Source: Octopus sinensis
Lineage: Eukaryota
Reading direction: 5' to 3'
Assembly (NCBI RefSeq): GCF_006345805.1
Contig: NC_042997.1
Span: 127,658,001-127,722,000 of the forward strand
DNA length: 64,000 bases
The notes under the pieces: generated by a model
Told to the model about the DNA's origin: nothing
What the model saw: the letters and a program-made list of their open reading frames with translations, nothing else
The model's database searches: none
In this document: positions 39,000 to 52,521 of the stretch, piece by piece
How the letters are laid out: each line of letters opens with the position of its first letter
Numbering within the stretch: position 1 is the stretch's first letter
Made by a program: the position numbers and the translations under genes

Positions 39000-40029
39000 C
39001 ATAATATATAATATATATACATGCACAAACTCACACACATGCACACACACATTTACATACATCTTATGAGTGAGTGAGCAAATGAAAAAAACGTAATGTT
39101 AAATGTATTTTGTTGAAGTTATATAAGTTTTGCAGCAGCAGAGCATGTAAACATCATCAAAGGTTTGGAGAGATGCAGAGAATTTAAAAAGAAAAGCAAA
39201 ACAGCATTTCAGTGATGTTCTGGGCTTCCACTGATCATTTCAAATCATGCAAATCTTTTTTTTCCCATTATAGTGATGTCCTTTACTCTATTGCTATATT
39301 CACGTGATAGTGTAGATTGAATGTTAACTCACTTAGTCGGCATTTGACAGGATGTGACATTTCATTGACATCAACTTTTTTTTACATTGGATTCAAAACA
39401 TGGTAGGGTAAACAAGATGCTAGTATCTATTAGTCATCATTTTGTTGGGAGGCCACATTACTTCATTGAAAAGGTGCATGTCTAGCACAGGATATATTAT
39501 AAGCTTTAATCTCTACAAGTAGCAAGAATTATATACCATGCCCATTATACATGGATCAGCTTGGCCTAAGGGTGCATATCCAAGTTATCAGCAAGCCAAT
39601 GGTTTGATGTTCTTTAATAGGATAGAGCTCTGGTTGAAACAATAAGCCAGGTAAGTTTTTCTGACCTGTCTGCAAAGACAGAATTAGCAATTACAGGTTC
39701 TGGGTAATGAATGAAGGAATCTGTGAAGAATGTTTTATGTGATGCTGGGTAAATCATTTCAATGGTCCCAGAGCCACCAAATGAAGCAGGACAGGATGGT
39801 GGATGGAGTTTCTCTGTCCTTACACTTGAAGGAGTGTATATTGTGCATGTATCTTCCTTTGGTTGTCATAGAAATATAGTGCCTTATGATGCCATTGGTT
39901 TCAAGTTGGCTCTATTGATCACAACCTTCAAGAGGCAAGACCTTCCCAATAGGTAGGTAGTAGGTAGGATTTTGGAAGTTACAGATTGGAGAGTGGGATA
40001 AATATTGTGTGTCTACTGTAGTGTACCAT

Positions 40030-40803
40030 CTTAGAAGCAATATTAGCTAAGCATGTGTAGCTAACCTTGTGTTATAGAAATTAAATAATTTATTGTATCC
40101 ATGGGTGTTTGGGGAATGCTTTCTAATTAATTTCAAGAAACTTCTATCTAAATTAGCATTGAATATCTAGATTGAAAAGAAGATTAAATCAGATTAGCTT
40201 TCCTTTTTCAAACCTTCTCCAGGTTTGTGATGGCTGATCCTTCATATGCACTAACCTTGTTATAGTAAGGTTCTGAGCCATAGAAGACCACTCTGTCTAC
40301 CACTAGACTGGAGATTCTTCCGCTGATGCATATGGTTAGGTTTTTAATGCCAGCTGGGGTGAATGGAGTGCCTATGAATATAAACAATTTCCTCATTGGG
40401 TTTTTTGTAAAGGCAGTACTGAGTTTTAGGGTTAATTTCAGGAAATCCACCTGTCTTAAGTTGGTGGTAACAGATATTTATAAGATTCTTCCTGAATTCA
40501 TTCATGGCTGTTCGTATAACTTGAGAATACCAGACCATCATCCCTGTACTGGTCTGAACTGTAGGGTTGTGTACGTTTTCTTAGGCTATCTAGGATAATT
40601 AACCTGACAAAGTCAGGGACTTTAGCTTCATCATAATTTTCCATGGATGTATTTAGCAGGAATCTTTGTGAAACAAGGGTGACTTTCTGACATTTATCAT
40701 GTTTATCATATTGAGATTCCTAATTCTAGCATATCATCAGTCAAAGTTTAGTGCCTTCAAGATGAGGAATTTACATATTGAAGAGTAGAAATCCACAATA
40801 TTG
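40030..40803 (-). mobile_element. Penelope-like element RT/thumb remnant
   Basis: Frame-broken NIVDFYSSI..LKALNF, DDGLV, VDFLKLTL, YKKPNEEIVYIHRHSIHP and FLKLIRKHSP: PLE RT motifs in the expected order. Confidence 0.8.
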
Positions 40804-40807
<4 letters not shown>

Positions 40808-40841
<34 letters not shown>

Positions 40842-40997
40842 TTATTTATTATTTATTTATAACAAACAAGACTAAAATAGAAGGCACTCATCCAGGGTAC
40901 TGCAATGTTGAACTGAACCCAAGACCACTTTGCTGAGAAGCGATTTTTTTCTCCAAACAACCATTCATGTGCATCTATCTCTCCCCTCTCTCTTTCA

Positions 40998-41042
<45 letters not shown>

Positions 41043-41228
41043 TATATATATATATAATATATATATATATTTATTTATTTATTTATTTATTAACAAACAA
41101 GACTAAAATAGAAGGCACTCATCCAGGGTACTGCAATGTTGAACTGAACCCAAGACCACTTTGCTGAGAAGCGATTTTTTTCTCCAAACAACCATTCATG
41201 TGCATCTATCTCTCCCCTCTCTCTTTCA

Positions 41229-41300
<72 letters not shown>
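40808..41300. repeat. ~231-bp direct tandem duplication
   Basis: aacaaacaagactaaaatagaaggc at 40861 and 41092; junctions in (TA)n. Confidence 0.93.
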
Positions 41301-41325
<25 letters not shown>

Positions 41326-41408
41326 ATACACATATATATGTGTGTGTGTATGTATGTATGTATGTATGTATGTATGTATCTATGTTTATATATTATATAT
41401 ATATATAT

Positions 41409-41447
<39 letters not shown>

Positions 41448-42009
41448 TATGTATATACACACACACACATATATATTATAACATATATATATATATATAC
41501 ATACACTGATATGCTTATACGTACATATATAAATCATGTGAGAGTGTGTATGTTAACACATGCATGTGTGTGAATATGTGCGGGTGTTCTATAATTTAGA
41601 TAAGAAAACAGAGACATAAAGAAAAAAAGAATACTTATTCTATATCATTTTACAGCATATGAAAACAATAAATGAGATATCTATTTAATATCTCATGAAC
41701 AATGGAGCAAGTTATATCAACATACTTACAGCCAATCTGTGATAAATAATGTTGGTCACATCAAACTTGAGTGAGTGATGTGATTATTATTATCAACTAC
41801 TGCAAGAATATGTCAGTGATGCATCAACTTTAAAAGAAACATGACTTTATCAGAAAATTTTTCTTGTCTTCTGTATGTCTTTCATTCTTTTAATAATATT
41901 TTTCATAATTGGACTTCAACTATGTTTGGGCACCACCTTCAGTCATATTGACTCCATAATTTATTTCAGTCTGTTGCAGAAACAAAGTGGAAAAAAAAAA
42001 GCAACTGGA

Positions 42010-42672
42010 AAATGTGGCTATGTGGTAATAAGCTTGCTTCCCAACCACACGGTTCTGGGTTCAGTACCACTGTGTGGCACTTTGGGCAAGTGTCTTTATA
42101 CTATAGCCCCTGACCAGCCAAAACCTTGTGAGTGCATTTTGTAGACGGAAACTGAAAGAAGCCTGTCATAAATATGTGTGTGTGCCTGTTTGTATCTCAC
42201 CACCGCTTAACAATATTGGTGTGTTTATGTCCCCGTAATTTAGTGGCTCAGCAATGGAGACTGATAGAATAAGTATCAAGCTTTAAAAAATAAGTACTGG
42301 GGTTGATCCATTTGGCTACAAATTATTCAAATTATACTATAGCCTCGGGCCGACCAAAACCTTGTAAGTGGATTTGGTAGATGGAAACTGAAAGAAACCC
42401 GTCGTATATATGTATACGTATATATATGTGTGTGTGTGTTTGTGTCGCTTGACAACTGATACTGGTGTATTTGCATCCCTGTAACTTAGCGGTTCAGCAA
42501 AAGAGACTGATAGAATAAATACTAGACTTACAAAGAATAAGTCCTGGGGTCAATTTGCTCGGCTAAAGGTGGTGCTCCAGCATGGCCGCAGTCAAATAAC
42601 TGAAACAGCTAAAAGAGTTAAAGCGATGCCTCAGCATGGTCTCAGTGTAATGACTGAAACAAGCAGAAGATG
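42010..42672 (+). mobile_element. Nested SINE A: 5'-truncated young copy (~42336-42620) inside the tail of an older copy
   Basis: The older copy resumes at gcgatgcctcagcatgg after the inner copy's tail. Confidence 0.75.
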
Positions 42673-42675
42673 AAA

Positions 42676-43529
42676 ATGCATGGTCATTTCTTAAGAGAGA
42701 TACCAAGGAACACAGATCCAGAAGAAATGTGGAAGTTGTTACTGAAAAGTGATTGATCTAAAACCTGAAAGAGAGGCCTTGATATGATATGCACAACACA
42801 TGTATGAACGTTGAGAAGAAATTACTACAAGCACGGAAGTAAGTATCTCTCAGAATTGAACAAATGTAGAATATGTGGTGAAATTGGAAAGACAGTGTGT
42901 TATATATTAAACAAATGCAGTAAATTGACTGTGAGAATACATAACAAAAACGTACTTAAAAAATAGACATGACAATGTTGCCAGAAGGGTTTACTGGAAA
43001 TGATATAACAATGTTTGGATTGGAAAAGGCAAGAAAATTATATCGAAATTAACCATAGGATGTGGGGGGAAATGACAGAGGATAGATATTTAGGGGCTTC
43101 ATAATATAATGTAATCATGAAATCAAACATCAGAAACCTGGTAATGTGTTGGTAGACAAGGGAGAAAATGCCTATCTAATGATATACATCACACGTCTGG
43201 GAAACAGCAGAATTGTCAAAAAAGGAGAAATACTGACAAGATATAAAGCTCTAAAGAGAAAAATCAACAAAGCTATGGTCGTTGGAAAAGGTGTATGTTG
43301 TACCAGTAATTGTCAGTGGTCCCAGTACATTAAGCAAAGAAACTGAAAAGTGGGAGAAAAAAAATAGGCACAAAAATGAAAATAGAGTACATTCAGAAAA
43401 CAGCATTACTTGGCAGTATAAGGATTCATGGCAAAGTGCTTGAAACTTAAAAAGAACACACCACGTTGCCTCGTAACAAGTGAACAACTGGTATATCGGG
43501 CTTGCAAACTATTCTGCCAACACACTACC

Positions 43530-43531
<2 letters not shown>
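42676..43531 (+). mobile_element. R4/Dong-like LINE 3' remnant (zinc knuckle + restriction-like endonuclease)
   Basis: Frame-broken MHGHFLREIP, KCRICGEIGKTVCYILNKCSKL, RHDNVARRVYWK and CNHEIKHQKPGNVLVDK; followed directly by (TAA)n. Confidence 0.82.
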
Positions 43532-43617
<86 letters not shown>

Positions 43618-43771
43618 CATTTACTTGCCACAAGGACAACACAAAGGCAGACATAAAGTGTTGGGGCTTACATATAATGAAATGATAAAAGAAAAAAGAA
43701 AAAAAAGGTAAGTATACATAGTATATACTGAAAAGGATGGAACACAAAGGTTTAAAAAAAAGAAAGTGAGG

Positions 43772-43854
<83 letters not shown>

Positions 43855-43870
43855 GTAAGGATGATGATGG

Positions 43871-43919
<49 letters not shown>

Positions 43920-44649
43920 CTTTTCTACTATAGGCGCAAGGCTTGAAATTTGGTGGGAGGGGACTAATTGATTACATTGACCCCAGCATAGAAGCCTTGC
44001 CAAATCAGTTTGGAGCCTGGTGCAACCTCCTGGCTTGCCAGTCCTCAGTCAAACCATCCAACCCATGCTAGCATGGAAAGCGGACCGTAAGCGACAACGA
44101 CAATGATGATGATGATGCTGCTGATGGTGATATTATTATTGTGTTATACTCTTGGGATATTGGCCAAGTGTCTTCAACCTTAGCATCGAGTCAACCAATG
44201 TCTTTGTTAAGAGAAGTTTGCTAGACAGAAACTGTAAATGCCCCTCTCCTTGCATACATACGTACGTACGTACATACATACATACATACATACATACATA
44301 CATACATACATACATACATACATACATACATACATACATACATACATGTGTGTATGTGTGTATTAAGTGCCAATGTATAGTTGTACATATCAACGAGAAA
44401 AACTGATGAAGTAAAGCCTTTGAACAAAAATACCTTGAGGTATTTATTTCTATGATTTGCACAGACGGTTTCTTGACCCTCTCGCCATCGTGAATGCAGT
44501 GAACCAGTAAGTATCCTGTTGAAAATCTATAACTAATGATGCTATTTTTCACAATATCACAATGTATGAAAAGAAAGTTGTTAATAAAATAATTATGTTG
44601 GTCACATTGCTCATATTCTCCAAAAAAGAAATTGTTTAGTTGCCAAGAA

Positions 44650-45620
44650 TATTTAAATGAATTCAGAGTATTTTGGGAGGACTGAATCTAAAAATGACAT
44701 TAATTTTGCAAAATTGGCTCTAGCTTTTAAGATATTGGATATCGACTCAAATATTAATTTTTTAGTGGGTTTGGTCAAGAAGTTGTCTTTGGTAGCACAC
44801 AGTTTTAGGTTGGCTGTGGATGTAGTTGAGAATGACCGCACTGTTATTTATATAAGTTTCCATATTTTACATTATCCGGAACATTTGTATCTACATATGT
44901 ACAACAATTATTTGAATAAAACAACGTACAAGAGAAAGTGAACGTGGTAGTTAGAATGTCTTCATTGCATAAAGTATTTCAGTTATTTACACGAAAATTG
45001 TTCATGGTTATTAAGGACAGACTAAATAGAAAGAGCGAGGCGGCCTTACAATAAAAGTGACCGACAAAGTTCGGTGTTGCATCTGAAGTTGTTCAGTTTA
45101 AGAGTTCGGTATTCCAGATTTTTAAAACACTTAGTCAACCTTCTAGAACATTCGACAGAACCATTTAGTGGGAAAAATTCAAAATACTTTTGTTGTTCTT
45201 TTCTGACAATTGCATCATCAACGGTGCAAATGTTCTTGGATAGATAGTATGTATTAGATAACTTGATTTAAAATTCAGGTATCGATGTGTGTCTAAAATT
45301 GACCGACAAAGTTCTGTGTAGCATCCAAAATTGATATATTTAAGAGTTGGCTAGTGAGAAGAGAAAGAGGTTGAAGGGGTGAAGGCGATGGTTGCTTACG
45401 AGTGTCTCGATCACTTTTGAAATGTTGGGAAATGAGAGCGAAAGACTATTTGTATATTAAACCAAAGAGCACGAACGTAGGACCGGACTATATAAATGTT
45501 TGAAAAAAAAAAACAGTTTGGTTGTTTACAAACTCAACTTCAAGTTAGGTTCAAGTTCTGACTGAACATTCTCTGAATAACCGAACAGTAATGTATTTCC
45601 ATAAAATCCTGCATCCTAAT
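44650..45620. mobile_element. Possible non-autonomous DNA transposon with ~55-bp internal direct repeats
   Basis: tgaccgacaaagttc.gtgt.gcatc...tttaagagtt.g at ~45058 and ~45300; termini not resolved. Confidence 0.3.
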
Positions 45621-45678
45621 AACTCAATTGGTTCATACCACTTGTTACATCGGACCAATATAAGTTTGAAGGATGAGA

Positions 45679-46094
45679 GGGCGGCGAGCTGGCAGAAACG
45701 TTAGCACGCCAGGCAAAATGCGTAGCCGTATTTCGTCTACCGTTACGTTCTGAGTTCAAATTCCGCCGAGGTCGACTTTGCCTTTCATCCATTTGGGGTC
45801 GATAAATTAAGTACCAGTTACGCACTGGGGTCGATGTAATCGATTTAATCCATTTGTTTGTCCTTGTTTGTCCCCTTTGTGTTTAGCCCCTTGTGGGTAG
45901 TAAAGAAATAGGTATTTCAGCTGTCTTTACTTTCTGAGTTCAAATTCCGCCGAGGTCGACTTTGCCTTTCATCCTTTTGGGGTCGATAAATTAAGTACCA
46001 GTTACGCACTGGGGTCGATGTAATCGATTTAATCTGTTTGTCTGTCCTTGTTTGTCCCCTTTGTGTTTAGCCCCTTGTGGGTAGTAAAAGAAAT
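45679..46094 (+). mobile_element. SINE D head-to-tail dimer with a single 19-bp TSD
   Basis: TSD atataagtttgaaggatga at 45658-45676 and 46095-46113; the second monomer lacks the 5' ~45 nt. Confidence 0.9.
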
Positions 46095-46899
46095 ATATAA
46101 GTTTGAAGGATGAAAGATTGGGACTGGCTCTGCACAAACCCAGCTAATTATAATAATATTCATCGCGAAAGACGTTCAGAAAATCAAGACAATCACATCA
46201 ATACAATCACACTTTTTTTTTATATAAGTTCAGTGGCAATAGGAACAGAAGTGGCAAGAACATTCAGAGGATATAACTGGAAGTTTTCAGCTTTGGCCCT
46301 GCACACAGGCGACCACAGACTGACGCTGTCTTCCATAGATCGTATCCTGCTGAACTGCTAATCGTTGAAGCGATGAGGAAGTTCACCGGCAAAGTAACAT
46401 AATAGCCTGCCCAATACACTTACAACGTTTCTGAGGTGTTAATCATATTACTGGTACCAGGTAAGACAACGAGGTGGCAGAATCGTTACCAAGCCGGGCA
46501 AAATGATTAGCGGCATTTTGTTCATGTTCTGAATTCAAATTCCGCCGAGGTCGATTTTACCTTCCATACTTTCGGTGTCGATAAAAGAAATACCAGTTGT
46601 ATACTGGGGCGGGGGTGATATAATCAATTTACCACCGCCGTCGGAACTTCTGGCTTTGTGCCAAAATTCGGAGCCGATATTACTGGTACCAATTTGTTAG
46701 GACAAGGAAACCCTGAACACGCTTCTCTAGCACATTAAGTTAAGTATTCTACCATTTTAGATATTCCTGTTAATATTTTAAATTTTCTGAGCTGTATATT
46801 ATAAGGAGTGACCGTTGATACTAATAAAGAAATCTTCGTCCACACATTCACATACATACACCGGCACATACGTACATGCAAACATACATGGATTGATAC

Positions 46900-47930
46900 G
46901 TGCATGCATTCATCTTCTGAAGGCTAACCCATCTAAATGATTTTGTAAGCTTCAAAACAAATATGAACAGAAGGAGCGAGGTCCGTGAAATAAGGCAAGT
47001 GAAGGATTTTTTCCAGAGAAGTTCTTCAATTTTTTCTGACGTAATTTTTGCAGTGTGAAGCCTTGCATTATCTTGATGAAACGCCACTCACGATTTACCA
47101 AAGCAGGCCTATTTTTCAACAAAACAACATTGTTGGGAATAAGTGTGAGCAGAAATCACTGCATTGGTTGGTAGCAGCTCAAAGTAGATGATTCCAATGC
47201 AGTCATATACCAAACAGGAAGAAAAACCTTTTTTTTCAGGGGGTCCTGTTTTGGTTGTAGATTAACCTGTTCTTCGCAACCAAACCATTACTTGCATTAC
47301 TTAACATTATCATAAAAGAATTCAGTTTTCATCACCAGTCGCTAATCTGTCCAAAAATGGTGAGATACGTTCACGAAAGTGAAGAGATGAGCAAATATCC
47401 ACTCGTGATTTTCGTTTGGCTTCTGTCAAATCATGGGGAACCCATTTTCTGAGTTTGGGCGCATTTCCAAGCTGTTAAAGATGGCAGTAAACAGTTGAAT
47501 AGCTTTAATTGAGATTACTTTCCAGTTCTTCAACTGACACAGCATTATCCTTCTCAAGCCCATCATCAAATTCTTAGGCTGAAATTAACATTTTTGAAGA
47601 TTGCAAATCATCTTCTGCAACTTCTTTGGTTCAAGCACTCTTCCCCATAAACAGAATGGATATTTCGGGTTGCTTTTGCTGCACTGTTTTCCCTTTTCAA
47701 CTCATAAAGCATTATGCACTTTAAATGTTCCTTCCATACGTCTATTTTTGAGGGGTTAATATTAGTAATTAATTCAGTCAGACTATTCTATAAAAATAAA
47801 TTATATCAAATTAATGGTTACCAGATTCATTTACGTATAAATCAATACCATTTGACGTTTTAGAATACTGTAAAATTTGGTGGAAATTACGTAATAAAAT
47901 TATGGACATTATTTATGGGATGACTTAATA
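46900..47930 (-). mobile_element. Mariner transposon relic
   Basis: Frame-broken KEHLKCIMLYE, PFLDRLATGDEN*IL and HQDNARLHTAKITSEKIEEL; terminus tattaagtcatcccataaataatgtcc (minus strand) at 47904-47930. Confidence 0.88.
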
Positions 47931-47991
47931 CATACATACATACTACATACATACATACATACATACATACATACATACACACACACATACT

Positions 47992-48645
47992 AAAAAGGAG
48001 TACTGGTGGAATGTCTCAGTGAAGACCTCAATAAAATGTAAGCACAACAGACCTGATATAATGGTTTGGGATGGAGAAGAGAAACTATAGTTGTGGAAAT
48101 TAGCTGCTCAGCGAATATTAACATAAAGCTGAAGAACAGTGAAAAAGAGAATACCTATGCTGAATTATTGAGAAATCTGCAGTTACTCTATTCAGGGCTC
48201 TGGTAACACACTGCCTAAATAACAATCTTGAGAAAAAAGGCTTCTCAAAACAGAAAGGAGAAAGCTAATTCGAAGGCAAAAAATCCAATCCATCACTAGA
48301 ACTGTAAAAATCTGTAAAACTTTCCAGAAGTTTATCATTTAAATATATATGAGCACGTCTAGATATTCAAATATTTGCATGAGGACACATACATAAAGCA
48401 AAAACATACAAATCTGCACACATACATACATACATACATACATACAACACATACACACACACACATACATACATACATACATACATACATACATACATAC
48501 ATACATACATGCAAAAATACATACATACATACAAACATACATACATACATACATACATACATACATACATACATACATACATACATACATACAAAAATAC
48601 CTTGTTGATGTCGAAATTCCAATGAAGAAACCTTGGATCTAGGAG
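47992..48645 (+). mobile_element. Restriction-like-endonuclease LINE 3' remnant with putative (CATA)n-rich 3' UTR
   Basis: KEYWWNVSVKTSIKCKHNRPDIMVWD..VVEISC..EKENTYAELLRNL matches the PD-(D/E)xK RLE motif; the ORF ends at ~48342. Confidence 0.8.
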
Positions 48646-49101
48646 TTTAGCATTTCAAAGAAACCTACACATATACATACATGTATGTATGCATGCATAC
48701 ATACATACGTACATACATACATACATACATACATACATACATACATACATACACGCATACACGGGGCGTTTTTGCGTGCAGGTGTGCGTGCGTACTCAAG
48801 ATTTCGATAAATACTACTTATCGAGCGCTTTCATGCCCTTCAAGGATTCATCCTAAATAGTGGGTTATTGAAAATTTATCCCTTTTATATATGTGAGTTA
48901 CTTCAAAAATGGCAAGAGCTGAATTTGTTTTCTTGGGTTTTTAAGAAAGAATGTTTTGGGATTGGTTATTTGAGACGTTGATGGCCATTTTGAATCTGTG
49001 TGTGTGTGTGTCTATATATATACATATATATATATATATTGGTAAAAACGGTAAGTTAACAAAAGAAAGAAAGAGACCTCCATATTATGTAAATAGAGGA
49101 A

Positions 49102-49135
<34 letters not shown>

Positions 49136-49159
49136 TATCTATCTATCTATATCTATCTA

Positions 49160-49275
<116 letters not shown>

Positions 49276-49969
49276 ATGTGTGTGTATATAGGTGGGGGGA
49301 TTTTAAAAGAAAGTATATATTAGAGATCTGTTGAGGTTTGGTTAGAGAAGGAAGAAAAAATTGTAAATAAAATGAAGAAATAGCGAAATAAAGAGGTGTT
49401 TTCTGGGATGGTTGATTTGAGGACAAGTCAAAAGAGACCAAACAGTTTATTGCAATAAATTGTTGCCTCTTTTAGTCACTGAACGACTGACAGTATTCTT
49501 GGTCAACTATTAGTCTGCTTAGCTAGAGAATTCAACATATTGTTTGGGAACGTTTTTAAATGTGTGTGTGTGTGTGTGGTGTGTGTGTGTGTTGATTTTT
49601 CCAGTAATTTCGGTAAGCGTAACGAGAACATCATTGATAATACCTAGAGATTATTTAGTTTGGCTCATCTGGAAAAGTAATTGTTTTTAATAAAAATTTC
49701 TCATGTTTTTATATATATATACTTTTTACGTTTATTTTCAGTGAAAATTTTTTATAAAATGTATTTCTTTTTCTTTCCAGTATTTTGGGTCATCCCTTAG
49801 GGATTTGTGGTAAGGAAAACTCTTTGAATCTTTTGTTTCTGCATCTTTCTAGACGTTTCCCCAATGGAATCTTACCTAATACTACTTGCCTAATATACTG
49901 TCTATGAATTCTTGAACGTTGGCAAAGTCTCGCTAATATATTTCTCTTTGCAAATAGGACAAGTTCTAT

Positions 49970-50370
49970 TACTCTTTTTTCTCTTTTTACTTGACTGCGG
50001 CCATGCTGGAGCACCGCCTTTAGTCGAGCAAATCGACTCCGGGACTTATTCTTTGTAAGCCCAGTACTTATTCTATCGGTCTCTTTTGCCGAACCGCTAA
50101 GTGACGGGGACGTAAACACACCAGCATCGGTTGTCAAGCAATGCTAGGGGAACAAACACAGACACACAAACATATTCACACACACTTATATATATATACA
50201 TATATACGACAGGCTTCTTTCAGTTTCCGTCTACCAAATCCACTCACAAGGCATTGGTCGGCCCGGGGCTATAGCAGAAGACACTTGCCCAAGATGCCAC
50301 GCAGTGGGACTGAACCCGGAACCATGTGGTTGGTTAGCAAGCTACTTACCAAACAGCCACTCCTGCGCCT
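49970..50370 (-). mobile_element. SINE family A, full length, young
   Basis: Near-consensus. Confidence 0.92.
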
Positions 50371-51407
50371 ATTAGGGTTTATTTTAGAGTTAATGTTTAC
50401 ATGTATTTGGAAGAAGAATCCACTTTTAAATTTTATTTGAAAACCAGTATCCAAATATTTGAAATTGTTGTTGTTACTGTACATCTATTGTCTCCAAGAA
50501 TTTCACTTATTCTCTCAGTTTCCTTCTCTCTCACTCTCATTGTTGTTAACATTTCTATATCACCTTGTACTTTATTTAGATTCACAGTTGCAAAATCATT
50601 TGCATCTTTCTTTCACATAATTACATTTATATTTAAAATCACATTTCTTTAATTTCTCTTCTATTTAAAATTACTTTATTATTCATGCGTGGTGCATCGC
50701 TAATAAATCGGAAAATTACATTTGGTCGTGACTATAATTTGAACTTACACCCACTACATTTGACTTCCCGCTTCAATTAATTTAAAAAGAAACGACAAAC
50801 GATAAAAGATAGAGAGCGTCAGACAAGGACAAGTAAGAGGTGGTAATAGTATGAGAGACAGTCAGGCGGTAAGGGAAGTTTAAAGAGAGGAGGTAAAAAG
50901 GAGGCAGAGAGGTGAAAGAAATGCCGGTAGTGTTTGTTGCAGCAATGGGGAGGAAGAAAAATACAATGAAAGAGCGATGAAAGAAAGAGAAAGCAAAGGA
51001 TAAAGTGAGAGACTGGATGAAGTAAAGATTTCAACAAAGAGTAGTAAGAAGCAAGAAAATAAAACACAATGGTACAGCACTGTGGTAACAGCAGAGAATA
51101 ATCGATAGCTACATGCGAAAGTAAGTGATGGGGGTAGAGGGACATGCATACACAAATTATATGTGTGTGTGTGTGTGTGTACATATATATATGTATATAC
51201 ATATGTATATATATATATATGTGTGTGTATATATATATACATATATATATATGTATATATATACATATATATATGTATATACATATATATATATATGTAT
51301 ATACATATATATATATATGTATATATACATATATATATTTATATATATATTTATATATGTATATATATATATATTTATATATATACATACATATATATAT
51401 ACATATA

Positions 51408-51441
<34 letters not shown>

Positions 51442-51496
51442 CATACATATATATAATATATATATATATTTATATATATAATATATATATATATAC

Positions 51497-51547
<51 letters not shown>

Positions 51548-52269
51548 TATATATATTATATTATATATATATATATATATATATTGTGTGTGTGTGTACG
51601 TGTATCTTTCACCAATGTATATTGACTGAAGATATAAACACCAACGAGGAAACAGAAAAAAACCGGTGGTTTAAGAACAAAGTCCTTTGATATAGACTGA
51701 GTTTGAGGAAATCTCTTGTCAGTTTCGCCGACAGAAATACAATAAGTCAGCGATTGGTCTATTGGAAACATGTAACCAACGACACTATCGATCAGAAACT
51801 GCGATATGAAATAAACAAACAAATATGATCCATACTGATGCAGACACACGCTTACAATGATGCATGTATGATACAGCAACTCCTTTGCAGCTTCACCAGT
51901 TTACATCATGCTGCACATGTCATGGCAGCACATCATACAAAATGCATTTCTAACATTGCAGCACAGTGACACCAACTTGCATTTACTGAGACAGCATGTT
52001 TGAGGCGCGCACATTTTATCAACAGTTCATTGCAACTGATCTTACTGGCGATATTTCTTACAGATGTTACTTTCTGAATGTACAGACGGTTGCAAAAAGT
52101 TAACATAAGCATCTGTAGTTACGTACTTATGTACGTATCTATGTTCGTACATACGCACACGCGCACACATATGCTCAATCACATACAACATACATATATA
52201 TAGACTTGTATTTATGATGTTGGTCTATATATGTATATAAATGCACACACATACACACATATATATGCT

Positions 52270-52432
52270 AGGCGCAGGAGTGGCTGTGTGGTAGGTAGCT
52301 TGCTTACAAACCACATGGCTCTGGGTTCAGTCCCACTGCGTGGAACCTTGGGCAAGTGTCATCTACTATAGCCTCAGGTCGATCAAAGCCTTGTGAGTGG
52401 ATTTTGTAGACAGAAACCGAAAGAAACCCGTC

Positions 52433-52436
<4 letters not shown>
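52270..52436 (+). mobile_element. SINE family A, 5' half ending in its (TA)n tract
   Basis: aggcgcaggagtggctgtgtgg...gaaacccgtcgtata. Confidence 0.88.
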
Positions 52437-52482
<46 letters not shown>

Positions 52483-52521
52483 CATATATATACGTACACA
52501 CACACACACACATAGAGTAAA

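Noticed and set aside
41729-41827. Minus-strand exon-like segment with a gtaagtat donor
   Set aside because: No open frame from the plausible acceptors; no further support.
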